From Phyllobates terribilis (lineage: Eukaryota), in contig NW_027362762.1 of NCBI RefSeq assembly GCF_046119375.1, positions 639,406,001 to 639,470,000 of the forward strand: a stretch of 64,000 nucleotides of DNA. Direction: 5' to 3'. The notes beneath the pieces were generated by a model. It was not told the DNA's origin. It ran no database searches and worked only from the letters and a program-made list of their open reading frames with translations. Every line of letters starts with the position of its first letter. The stretch's first letter is position 1. This document shows, piece after piece, positions 19,701-32,500 of the stretch. A program made the translations under genes and the position numbers.

Positions 19701-22700
19701 GCATCCAACACGTCCACTTCAGTAGGGCAGGGCGAGTTTGCTCCTAAGGGAGAGCACAGTCCCTGGTCCCTGGCTGGAGTGGAGGGGAACCAAGTGAGGG
19801 GGAACCATATAGTGGGTGTGGGTGGAGGACGTAGTTTAGGGAAGCACTTCAGTAGCTGTATAAAAAGGGGAGCCATCTTAGGCAGACAAGCCAGTCAGAG
19901 GAGGAGAAGTGAAAGGATCAGGGGCTCTGCAGGAGCTCTGCTCGGGAGGCGGGCCTAGCCCGAGAGGCCCAGGACTGAGAGAGGAGAGGGAGCAGGAGAA
20001 AGGCTCCAGGAACAGAAGGGATCCCAGGGGTAAGGGAAGTGCTGGAGGCCACTCGTACGCCCAAATCTGCCAGGCGGTGGAGGGATCGAGCCGCAGAGGG
20101 GACCGGCCCCTAAACTAGTGGAGAACTACAAGGCTCAGCTAGGAACCGGAGGCTGCTGTACTTGTAAGGTGCAGTGGCCACATCCGCAATTATATCGCTG
20201 AAAAGGTGGCCACAGAGGGTCCAGGGGACTGCAGGTCGCCCGACAAGACCCGAGGCTACCAGATTGGGACACTGGTTGCGAGGCGCAGGGCAGGAGGGCG
20301 AGAGCCAGCGCAGGAAGACGACTGAGGAAGGCACATAGAAAGGGGTCCTGTCAGGCACTCTTGAATTACCTGAGGGATTGCTGAACCCCTGCCTGGTGAA
20401 CGCAGCACGACGTGGGAGGTTGTAGTCTGGAACCTGTAACCTGAGGAACTTAATAACTGTGAATAAACTCGGAAGACTGCACCCCCCTCTCTCTGTGATT
20501 ATTATGTGCGCCATCACCCCTGCACTACAACGCCCAGCATCATCTGCATCACCTACAACATCTACACTGCCCTCGAGCTAAGCTCTGCCTGTGGAGAGCT
20601 GAACCAACCCTGCTGCACTAACATCAGCTCCAGAGGTTCTGCACCGCAGCTGCGGCTCCACATAGCCGCATACCACAGGTGGCGTCACAAACTATATATA
20701 TAAAAACTATAAATCCCCTGTAAATATCCCGCTTTTGATTGACCGCTCTGGGTCACGGACCGGGTCACTGCGACTGTGACATCTCCCATAGCCACGACCG
20801 GCCCGGCACCGAGTACCCCACGGCCCCGGGGGCGCGTCATATGCCACACAGGTGCACCTGGATATCTTCGGTACTGTTTTTTTCCGGTACCGAAATATCA
20901 GGATGTGTGAAAGAGCCCTCAGTGTAATGTCTCCAATTTTCCACCAGCCATTCCAGCTCTTCATCTTCCCCACACAAATCCAGCTGCTGCCACTGCATTA
21001 CATGTGGCTGCTGTGGGCCCATCACTATCTGACAGTGTTCATCTGTGAAGATGGGAATAACCCTTTAAGGATTGTCATTCAAAGTCTATATAAAAAATGT
21101 TGCCACTTTTCATAGACGAGAATTACTTGCCTCCAGTACTTTAGGCCACAGTTTGGATGCAGTCCCACAAAGCTACCGTCGGATGCCAGCAAATTGCAGT
21201 CAAGATCCGAAGTCACCGGAGTTGTCAGATTGATTGGTCATTATTAATGGGATTGTCCACTACTCAGACAACTCCTTCTCAATCACCATATTTTCTCATA
21301 TAAAATAATAATAGCCTTTACTCACATCCAGTGCCGGCGCCGTTAAAGTGACATCGGTGATGGTTCATAACTGATATCCAGAGGGAGTGAGAGAGTATCA
21401 GCAGCTCTCACTTATTCTGTGTGTCAGTTTCGTCTGAACTAAGTGAGCGTGAAGCGATCCATTATCAGTCGCTGATAGGCTGCTGGGCTCACGTAACATA
21501 ACGTCACTATAGACCCAAGCCAGTAAGTACAGGCTGTTATTATTTTACACGGTGGAGTATTGTAATTAGGGGGGTGTTGCTAGCATCAAAGATCCGTGGC
21601 TCTGGCCCTACACTTCTTAGCCGGAACTCCGGATTACCTGTGACCGCCGCATTGAACTGTGTCAACATGATGCCTATACAGTTAAATCCCGTGATAGAGC
21701 AGGGAACAAAATATCCCTTCTCTATTGCTGCCCATTTCCTAAGCCCCAGAGTGCTATAAGCCTGCAGCTCACGAGGCGCCACTTCTGCAGGTCCACTATA
21801 GAAGCCAGAAGCAGAGACACAGGCTGCGGTGCTGGGAGTCTGGATGAGGTGAGTATAATCTTTATTGTTTTTCATATTATTGCGTTGTGGGAGAACATTA
21901 CCTGTATATTAGGGAGCTGTGGGAGACCATCGTCTATATACAGAGGGGGCTGTGGGAGACCATCAGTATACACAAGAGGCTGTGTGGGACCATGATAATG
22001 TATACAGAGGGGGCCATAGGAGACCATCATCTGTATACACAGAGGGCTGTGGGAGACCATAATTGTTATGCGCTTCGCAGAGGGACTCAGCAATACTGGT
22101 ACAGAACCAGCAAAGGCGTGGCCACAGATGCACTTGGCTCAAACTGCCCCGCTAGGCGAGCCCTTTAGGGTTGGGAGTACTCTTTTCCCAGCTCGCAGTA
22201 AATGGAAGAGGGACTTCGGCAGAGCCCTTCCCTAGGCCTACTGTTGCCAGACAGCTGGAATCTGGTGACGCAGCTGGTGACTAGTCAAGAACCAAGGTGA
22301 GTACCACTGCAAGAACCCGAGGAAGTAAAACCAGACGAGAAAATGAGAAAACCCCTGAAAAGTTAGCAAGACTAATGCTAGCACCACTCACCACCATGCA
22401 CATAGGGAACTGAAATAAACAGCAAAGGACTGAGCAGGGAGCAGGGTTATATAGCCTGCTTAATGATCAGGTACTGAATACCTCCCAATTATCCCCAGAC
22501 AACCACTTCCTGCTAGCTTCAACAGCCGACTGGACAAAATTTCACCATTGCTTAGTACAGGACAAAACAGCGTCCTGTGTTGCCTGGCAACCGGGGAAGA
22601 CAGCGTCCCATCTTCCCTGGGAGAGAAATCAGGAAGAGAAAGGGATAAAAAAAAATCGGAGCATGATCTGACCACAATATATCTCCGATTGATGCCTCAG

Positions 22701-23688
22701 GGTGCCAGGACAAAGCATGATGACTCAAAAGAAAAAAAGTCTATGCGACTGTATGAATTATTCACAGGTGAAAAATATGTATAATCCTTACTCCGAGGAT
22801 TCATTATCTGCCACACATCTGTCAGTCGGAGGGAATGGAGGACCCGCTTGAGAGAACGCAGATGTCTTACTGGAACTATTCCCCTCCCAGAGGAAGAATC
22901 CTCCGGCAGATTAAAAGTGAACTTGAAGTCTCCACCTGCAATCAACGTGACGTACCCTCTGTAAAATTAGAGAGTGATGCTAGGAAGGAGCGGCAGGAAG
23001 AGATCTGACCCTTATTAGGAAGGTACCAATTAGCTGTGGTATAAAATGAATTTGCAGTCTTTAATTTGTGAAATATGTATCTGCCTTGATCTTCTGTAAG
23101 TGTATCAATGAGAGAAAATCCTAGTGACTTATGGACTGCAATTGAAACACCATTAGATTTTTACTCTGCATTAGTACTATGGAACCAATTAGTGAAATAT
23201 CTGTTCTTTATTTTAGGACTATGTTCAGATTTAAAGTGTGTCTCTTGTAATAAAAGAATATGAACCCTTTTTTATGCATAGTATAGAGGATCTGTGAGCG
23301 TTTTTGAGGAATATTAAAGCCTCGAACATTAAGTGAACTGATTTTAACAGAGGTCATATCTGGGACCAGGGAAAAAAGTAGGGAAAGTAAAAAAGGAGAG
23401 AAAAAAAGGAAAGAAGTAAGAAAAGAACAGAATCCCTAACCAATCAGGAATGACTCCCTCCAGAAACCAATGGAGAATAGTCTCCCTAACCACCAGGGAA
23501 TTCCCCAAAAATGGAAAGACAATGGAGGGGAGAAAAAAAATTCCACATCCGTCCAGCACAGCATAGATCCCCTTAGCGGAAGCGAGCTTTCTAAAGAGGG
23601 TAACATCCCCCTTAGGGCCTAACCACAGGCCCTATACAGCATAAGAATAAAACACTTTAAGACGCATAAGATATTTAACTTGAATATA

Positions 23689-25337
23689 CAGTCATATGAA
23701 AAAGTTTGGGCACCCCTATTAATCTTAAGCTTAATGTTTTATAAAAATTGGTGTTTTTGCAACAGCTATTTCAGTTTGATATATGTAATAACTGTTGGAC
23801 ACAGTAATGTTTCTGCCTTGAAATGAGGTTTATTGTACTAACAGAAAATGTGCAATCTGCATTCAAACAAAATTTGACAGGTGCATAAGTATGGGCACCC
23901 TTATCATTTTCTTGTATTAAATACTCCTACCTACTTTTTACTGACTTACTAAAGCACTTTTTGGGGTTTTGTAACCTCATTGAGCTTTGAACTTCATAGC
24001 CAGGTGTATGCAATCATGAGAAAAGCTACTTAAAGTGGCCACTTGCAAGTTGTTCTCCTGTTTGAATCTCCTCTGAAGAGTGGCATCATGGGCTCCTCAA
24101 AACAACTGTCAAATGATCTGAAAACAAAGATTATTCAACATAGTTGTTCAGGTGAAGGATACAAAAACTGTCTCAGAGATTTAACCTGTCAGTTTCCACT
24201 GTAAGGAACATAGTAAGTAAATGGAAGAACACAGGCACAGTTCTTGTTAAGGCCAGAAGTGGCAGGCCAAGAAAAACATCAGAAAGGCAGAGAAGAAGAA
24301 TGGTGAGATCAGTCAAGGACAATCCTCAGACCATCTCCAGAGAGCTGCAGCATCAACTTGCTGCAGATGGTGTCACTGTACATCGGTCAACTATACAACG
24401 CACTTTGCACAAGGAGAAGCTGTATGGGAGAGTGATGCGAAAGAAGCCGTTTCTGCAAGCACGCCACAAACAGAGTCGGCTGAGGTATGCAAAAGCACAA
24501 TTGGAGAAGCCAATTTTTTTTTGGAAGAAGGTCCTGTGGACTGATGAAACCAAGATTGAGTTGTTTGGTCATACAAAAAGGAGTTATGCATGGCGGCAAA
24601 AAAACACAGCATTCCAAGAAAAACACTTGCTACCCACAGTAAAATTTGGTGGAGGTTCCATCATGCTTTGGGGCTGTGTGGCCAATGCCGGCACCGGGAA
24701 TCTTGTTAAAGTTGAGGGACGCATGGATTCCACTCAGTATCAGCAGATTCTTGACAATAATGTTCAAGAATCAGTGATAAAGTTGAAGTTACGCAGGGGA
24801 TGGATCTTTCAGCAAGACAATGATCCAAAACACCGCTCAAAATCTACTCAGGCATTCATGCAGAGGAACAATTACAATGTTCTGGAATGGCCATTCCAGT
24901 CCCCAGACCTGAATATCATTGAACATCTGTGGGATCATTTGAAGAGGGCTGTCCATGCTCGGCGACCATCAAACTTAACTGAACTGGAATTGTTTTGTAA
25001 AGAGAAATGGTCAAAAATACCTTCATCCAGGATCCAGGAACTCATTAAAAGCTACAGGAAGCGACCAGAGGCTGCTATTTTTGCAAAAGGAGGATCTACT
25101 AAATATTAATGTCACTTTTCTGGTGAGGTGCCCATACTTATGCACCTGTCAAATTTTGTTTGAATGCAGAGTGCACATTTTCTGTTAGTACAATAAACCT
25201 CATTTCAAGGCAGAAACATTACTGTGTCCAACAGTTATTACATATATCAAACTGAAATAGCTGTTGCAAAAACACCAATTTTTATAAAACATTAAGCTTA
25301 AGATTAATAGGGGTGCCCAAACTTTTTCATATAACTG
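23689..25337 (+). mobile_element. Full-length Tc1 DNA transposon, IR/DR type (1,649 bp), in U2
   Basis: TA TSD at 23687-23688 and 25338-25339. 211-bp TIRs (23689-23899 and 25127-25337, 2 mismatches) with outer and inner TGGGCACC direct repeats. U1 (~6861-6870) and U4 show the empty site. Confidence 0.97.
24088..25109 (+). pseudogene. Tc1 DD34E transposase with a single -1 frameshift
   Basis: ATG at 24088 gives MGSSKQLSNDLKTKIIQH...GEGYK. The reading frame is lost at the A-run near 24162-24167 and continues LSQRF...GRPRK into the 269-aa ORF (WTDETK, QQDNDPKH, SPDLNIIE; exactly 34 residues between the second D and the E). Restoring one base gives 340 aa. Confidence 0.93.
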
Positions 25338-28300
25338 TATATATCCATATCATGTGTAGATATATACCAACCCATATACTGTATATCAGGGGTCTCAAAC
25401 TCGGCTAAGTATATGGGCCGCACAGAAAAAATGTGAATTTGAAGGGCCACATTCATTGCAGAGTGATATTAAATTTTTAATGGTACCAAATTGTTTTTTC
25501 TATACACCTTTTGGATCATTTTTGGGCTTTTTTATTTTATTCTTTTACATGGCATTCATTTTATGGGCTATGGTACAGTTTTACAGTTTTTACAATTTTT
25601 ATTTCCCCTAATTGGTAACATACAGTGATTTGTGTTCTTACAATTTGCACCATATAGTAATTCTGACCAACTTCTCATAGTAATGTCTCCATCGTGTAGT
25701 AGTTTTCCCATCTCGTGGTAATGTCCCCATCCTGGTCCCCATCTTGCAGTAATGTCCCCATCCTTGTCCGCATCTTGTAATAATGTCCTCCATCTTGGTC
25801 CCCATCTTGCAGTAATGTCCCCATCTTGTAATAATGTCCTCCATCTTGGTCCCCATCTTGTAGTAATGTGCCCATTCTGGTCCCCATCTTGTAGTAATGT
25901 ATCCATCTTGTAGTAGTTTCCCCATCTTGTAGTAATGTCCCCATCCTGGTCCCCATCTTGCAGTAATGTCCCCATCCTTGTCCGCATCTTGTAATAATGT
26001 CCTCCATCTTGGTCCCCATCTTGTAGTAATGTGCCCATACCGGTCCCCATCTTGTAGTAATGTGCCCATACCGGTCCCCATCTTGTAGTCATGTTACAAC
26101 TGCCAGCAGGTTATAACAGCCCACCGAGTCCTGTGTCCTCCGGGGAAGTGATCCAGCCAACTCTCAGGTAACTTGAGTGCACTTGATCGGGACCCCATTC
26201 TTGTGTACCTTTCTCGGGTCGTCTCTCTCTGCGCTGGCTTTCGCCCTCCTGCCCTGCGCCTCACACACAGTGTCCCGAGCCAGTGGCCGCAGGCCTTGTC
26301 CTCTCTGTCCTATATGGCCACCTTTTCAGCGAATGTGTGTGGTTTTGGCTACGGCACTTAGAGATACCGCAGCCTCCGGTTTGCTAGTTGAGTCTTGCAG
26401 TCCTCCACTAGTCTGGGGCCGGTCCCCTACTGTGACCTGATCCCTTCTCCCGACTACGGTCGGTGTGAGTTCGGGCGCACGGGTGGACTCCGCACTTCCC
26501 GTGGCCCTAGGATCCCTTCTCTGTCTCTGGAGCCCTTCTCTGACTCCCTCGCTCCTCTCATTCTCTCTCCTACTGGGCCCCTCTAACTGGGTCCTCACTC
26601 TGTCTGGACTCTACTCCTCAATGGTCCTCACTCACTGGGCGCTTCTAGATGTTTCTACCTGTCTTTTTATACTGTCTGTCATGTGACCCACGTCACTAAC
26701 TGTCACTCTACGTGGTCCCCTCTACCTTCAGTCATTCCTTGTGTGCTCCCTTAAACTACTTCCTCCACCCACTTCCTCTACCTAGTTCCCTCCTCCAGAC
26801 AGGGACAGGGACTGTGCTCTCCCTCAAGAACAATCTCGCCCTTCCCTACTGGAGTGATGTGGTGTTGGATGTGGGTGTGTGGGTCCTGGGTAGTGCTCCC
26901 TCCTTACCCGAGAGTGGGGTACCACACCTCTGGCTGAGATGCAGTACCTCTGTGGCGACTGGACCCGCAGGGGCGCCACACTCACCTAAAGAGGGCACCA
27001 GGGCTGAAGATGATTTTAGCAACTGTATGGGAGACAAGAACCTGTTGGGCCTTATCCAATCTACCAGACTGTAAATATTGTAATTACTCCTTTCCCCCAA
27101 GTAAAACCCCAGTTATGGTTAATAACTTTGTGTCCTCTGAAATTATGACTGCCCTGGTCCCAGAAGAGAAATGTTTGGAGACAGCCACGACCGGATGGTG
27201 TGAAGTAAGTGAAGAATGTCACATGCACTGCCACACATCAGAGGGAGGACACGAATTGTCTGCAAGGAGCCAAAAAGAGCAGGGGCCACAACTCGCCCAC
27301 GACTACCTCGCTGGGGCACCTTACAGGCCAATGCTGGTCCTTAACTTGTAGAACATTCAACTGAAAAGAATCACGGATTTCGGCGGCCCTCAGAACCAGG
27401 TCGTAATCATTACGGGGGCTCCGGTGCCTGCTGGCCTCATTAAGCAGCCTCAGGGGCCGTATGCGGCCCTCGGGCCGCATATTTGAGTCCCTTGCTGTAT
27501 ATGAACATACATACAAGCAAACCTAGGCCTGTTACCAAACAGTGAACTTGAAACTAGATAGATGTTCTGAACTGATTACTATAGAGGACTATCAACCTCC
27601 TATACAACATAGCTTATTCCTGTTTGAGAGGTATTGGAATGAAGAGGGAAATAAAAAATCACTCAAATACAAAAGACCAATCAGTCTGGAGGAGAAGGGT
27701 CAGATTATCTCTAGAATTGTGACTCAATTTTTGCTGGGGACGAGGCACATCTTCCATCCCAGGGCCTACAGGTAGGTCTGGCCAGTCCGATGATGACACT
27801 GAAACAAGAGGCAAACCAAGTCCTGCAGTAAACGCCGTAAATCTCCCATGCAGAGCTGAACATGTAAAGTACCAGAATGACGTACTTGTAGACAGAAGGG
27901 AAAACCCCATGAATAAAGAATTTCTTGATGTCGCAATATGTCCAATAAAGGTCTCAGAGCTCTTCTCTTTTGTAGAGCGTGGTGTGATAGATCATGTTTA
28001 ACATGTTCCTGGTAGGTTATAGAATCCATCCCACGGGCCTTATTAAGAATATTTTGCTTCACTTTATATCTTACAGACACGGCGATACCAATTAGGTGTA
28101 CTTTTTTGTTTAGTTTTTTTTAATTACAAACGCTGCGTTTTGAGTGCCAAAATGGTTTTTCGTGATTTGTGTACGTTTTTTTTTTTACATATTTTAACTT
28201 TTTTAAAATTTTTCCCTGTGGGACATGTATAATTTTTACTTTGATTTCTGGTCTCATACACTGCAGTGCATGAGAGCAGTCAGCGAGTCACTGACTCACC

Positions 28301-29522
28301 CTGTGAGACCCAGCTTATAGTTGGATCTCACAGGCCACCATACCCTGGGGTCATCACATGACCTCAGGGTAAAATGGTAACCATTAAGATCCGCGATTCT
28401 CACTGCGAGGTTCCGACGGTTACTAAGAGGGTCTTGCAACATGCACAGCTGACACCCACAGAAACTGCAGCTGCCGGTATTTCCTTATTCCCAATCGCCG
28501 TTTTAAAATGGCGATCAGGAATAAGGCCCCTTAACAATCACCTTTTCTAATGCGTATCGGTGGTCATTAAGTCATTAAGGTGTTAAAACCACATGTTATC
28601 TGGTTAAAGCCCTATGTCCCTAATTTATTATGGAGATTTTTGAGCCATTAGAAAATGATGTTTTTCATGCAAAAACCACCTCAGAAAACTCCTTTTCTAG
28701 GAAGCTGTTGGAGCAGTTTCTCTCCTAAAGTATCTTTTGCAGCCTTTTGATATGACAAGGCCTAGTATGGAGCAGATTCTGCAACAGAATGAGGGAAACA
28801 GATTAGGAAACAAGCGGTTAAGGCTCTCATAAGATGCTATTGGGTTCATGAACTTTTTTTGACTGGAGGTATAATTTGTTGTATTGTATAATGGTACAGT
28901 AACAACTGCAACCAAAATAAGCTCTGCAGATAATGACCTCAATAAGCACAATCTGAACAAACAAAGAGGCAGTGTAAAGCATAAGGGATGGAAAGAGCAA
29001 AAGTCTGAATCACTCAGTCGGTGGATTTCACACTGTCTACTGCTCCAAAGGACAATGCAGCTAAGCTCCATTCAATGATCACAGCTGAGTCCTAACAGAC
29101 AGAAGTGTAACAACAAAGTAATAAACAAACATCCTTATTTTATTAATATACAAAACACAACTGAATAAAATAAAGCATTAAAGTGATACAAAATAACAAA
29201 TAACTTTATGAACGGAACGCACCTCCCCGCATGAGTGTTAGAGCCCCCCATACACATTAGACTAACATCAGTCTTTACACCAATCCCATTAGAATTCCTC
29301 ATTGCTACCAGCAAAATCTTTGGTTACAAATCACATAGCATTTACCCCCATAATAAATGGAAACATGCCAGCACCGAACTAATGCCAGAAGGGGGCACTA
29401 AAGCTGGCTTACCTTCAAACTTCTGTATTTTTATGAAACTTGGGAAAATAACGTTTTTATTCATGGGGACTTTTCATTGGGAAGATTAACAACTTTGGAA
29501 ATGATGATTGTAACATGACATA

Positions 29523-32500
29523 TTATCCCATGTCACGCGTGATGCCGCGGATTCTGCGTGCAAGCTGTATGTCCTTTGCGTAGAGAGTGACTCTCTTGGC
29601 ATGGAGACTGCACTGGTAGGAGTCTTCAAGGAGCCGCACGAGGAAGGCCTCAGCTGCCTGCGGATACAGGAAAAGGTATGAGCATTAAAGCATTCTGAAT
29701 AATGAATGTGTACACATGAGGATTAACACTAGTTTAGGCCATTATATAACTTTTATGCAGCATTTTCACTGGTTTCCCCTCTGAGGTTTCTCTGATTTTC
29801 AGTTTTTGCTGAGCTGGTGGGTGGAGATTAGCTGCTATGATGCCTCACATACACAGCAGATACAGACATGAGGAATTCCTGCTCTCCTGTTTATATATAC
29901 AGAACATGTTAAAAAGCATCAGCAACATGCAGGATATTAAAATGCAGTACTAAGCAGTGCAGCTGTGAATCCAGTACTGCACTAGAAAGCAGCATCACAT
30001 TCTCTGCCTCCCCTTTTTATATATTCCAAGAGTAGCTGTAATCTGATCCCTCAACAAATACATGCAGCGTGATGGCTCAGTGGTTAGCACTGCAGCCTTA
30101 CAGTGCTGAGCTCCTGGGTTTAAATCCCACCAGAGACTCCATTTGCAAAGAATTTGTATGTTTGTTTCTTGTATTTGTATGTTCTTCCTGTCTTTGCGTG
30201 GGTTTCTTCTGGGTCCTCCAGTTTCCTCCGACACTCCAAAGACACAATGATAAGGGATTTAGATTGTGAGCCCCAGTGGGGACAGTGATGATGTATGTAA
30301 AGTACTGCGAAAGATGATGGCAAGGAAAAATAAATCTACATTCCTCAAAATTGAAATTGCAACACCAAAACAGAAAAGTTGTGGAATTATAGAAATGAAA
30401 GGATGGATAGACACATGACAGATATGCAGACATCTCAGTTTATTCAGTATTGAGCGCCATATCCAGAAATTCCCGAACTTACACCTATTGGCTGCTATCA
30501 ATAAGGTTATTAATAGTTGTCTCAGGAATGTTCTGCCAAAGCAGAATGCTCTTCGGCAAATCATCAAAGTCCACTGCTGGCAGATCTCCTTGCAATTGTC
30601 AACTAATGATGTCTCAGATGTGCTCAATGGGAGACAAGTCTGGAGACGCTGCAGGCCAACGCAGCATTTTTGGGTTACTCCAAGCAAAATGTGGCCTGGC
30701 TTTGTAATGTTGAAAAAATGTCTCATGAGAAGCTTTATTGAGAAATGACTGTACCACTGGTTCCATAACCAAATCAATGTAACACTGAGCTGTTAGTTTA
30801 CGTGTAATGAAGACTACAAGTGTCTGGATAGTGTACATTATGCCATCCCACACCATAATCCCTGAAGTAGGACCAGTGTGACCTTACACTCATGAAGGCC
30901 TCTTCCCATGAGGATATCTGCAGGTTAATAAAGTTATTAACCTGCCCTGTGCAAGCACTTAGCCGAACGCTAAGGGGAGAAATTTAACTTTATTCCCCCC
31001 ACAGCATTCAGGTTTCAGTGACAGGGGTGACGCCAGTTTAGTCACAGCTCTGAGCATACAGGGAAGCGGCTGTAACCGTGCCCTCGGCACTGCCTGACAG
31101 CCGGCCTCAATGCAGAGTGAGTGTCAGTCAGGGCCAAGAACATGATTACAGCCGCCGCTCTGTGCACTCAGAGCAGTGACTGAACCCGGAACGCTGCCGG
31201 GGGTAATAAAATCAAATTTCTCCCTGCGGTGTTCGGCCAAGTGCGGGCACCGGCAGGTTAATTAACCCCATATCTACAGGTTAATAGCGTTTTTTTCTGG
31301 GGACAGATTCTCTTTAATAACCTCATTGAAAGCAGCCAAGGCTTTAGGAACATGGGTTCCTGTGCTCAGACTAGATGCTGCATAAGTTGAGATGTTTTGA
31401 AACTTTTGCTTTGATTTTTTCATCATTTGCACATCAGTAACGTGTATCCATCCTGTGATTTCCATGACTCCACCACTTTTCCTTCTTCGTGCTACAATTT
31501 CAATGTTGAGTGTATTTTATAGGATGCTTTATATGCAGTACTTAACAACCCTATTCATAAGCATATTGGTATAATGGAGGGTGGCCCTACTCAGCCCCCA
31601 ATTACTTATCGTGTCCAAGCATTAGGACGGTATACTGACCTGCTGTAGCGCTGTTAGTGCTGTGCTTTGCCAGGAGTACGGCATGCCGCAGGAATACTCC
31701 AGGCAGATCTCTCTCACCTAAAGGAATGAAAGGAAATAAGACTTTTCCTACTGATCACTAAAAACGAAAGACCCATTACAGCAGCCACCAAGATCAAATC
31801 CACTCACCAGTTTGGCAAATGGGAGTCTCCGGATGAGCAGCTCCGTCGACTTCTGGTACTTTCTTATTTCCATCAGCGCTCGAGTTCGCTGAGAGCAGCG
31901 TCTTCTCCGTGTAGGAGCCACCTCTTCACCCCTTCCTAGTTTGTTCGAAAAGAATACATCACAGCTTTAATGCTTCTTGCAATTATCACAGGGGGGCACT
32001 TTATACAGATTCATACATGACATAGAGTTATAATCCAAAAATCGGATCAATATTAAAGTTTATTGGTACAAAAAAATTGAAACAAAATCGGGTCAAAGAC
32101 ATATATCACACAATATAAAAACATTCAGAAATAGCAAGGACACAGGTGTTTGTAGCTTCTGGTCCACTTATTATATTGGGCAGGGGTGGTATGCAACCTT
32201 AGTGTCAAAAATCGTCACATCCCCAATTAGTGGCATGAGCCGGTGATTAGATTACATCACCATTATATCACTTCGGAGTACTGACAAAAGATCAATCATC
32301 ATTTAGTATATCTACAAATATCTCATTAAATTGCTCTACCCTATAAAGTGCTGGTGCATTTAAAGTAAATTAGGACATATATCACAACACATACGCCAAT
32401 AAGCTGATCCATGTAGCCCCGGCCAGGGTCACATGCAGCAGCACACAGATAGTGTTGTTCACACAATCAAATGGGGGAACCATAGTCACAAGTCAAGGAG

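Noticed and set aside
24300-25109. Active autonomous transposase (269-aa ORF)
   Set aside because: It lacks the first 71 residues (paired-like DNA-binding domain), which are disconnected by a -1 frameshift shared by both copies.
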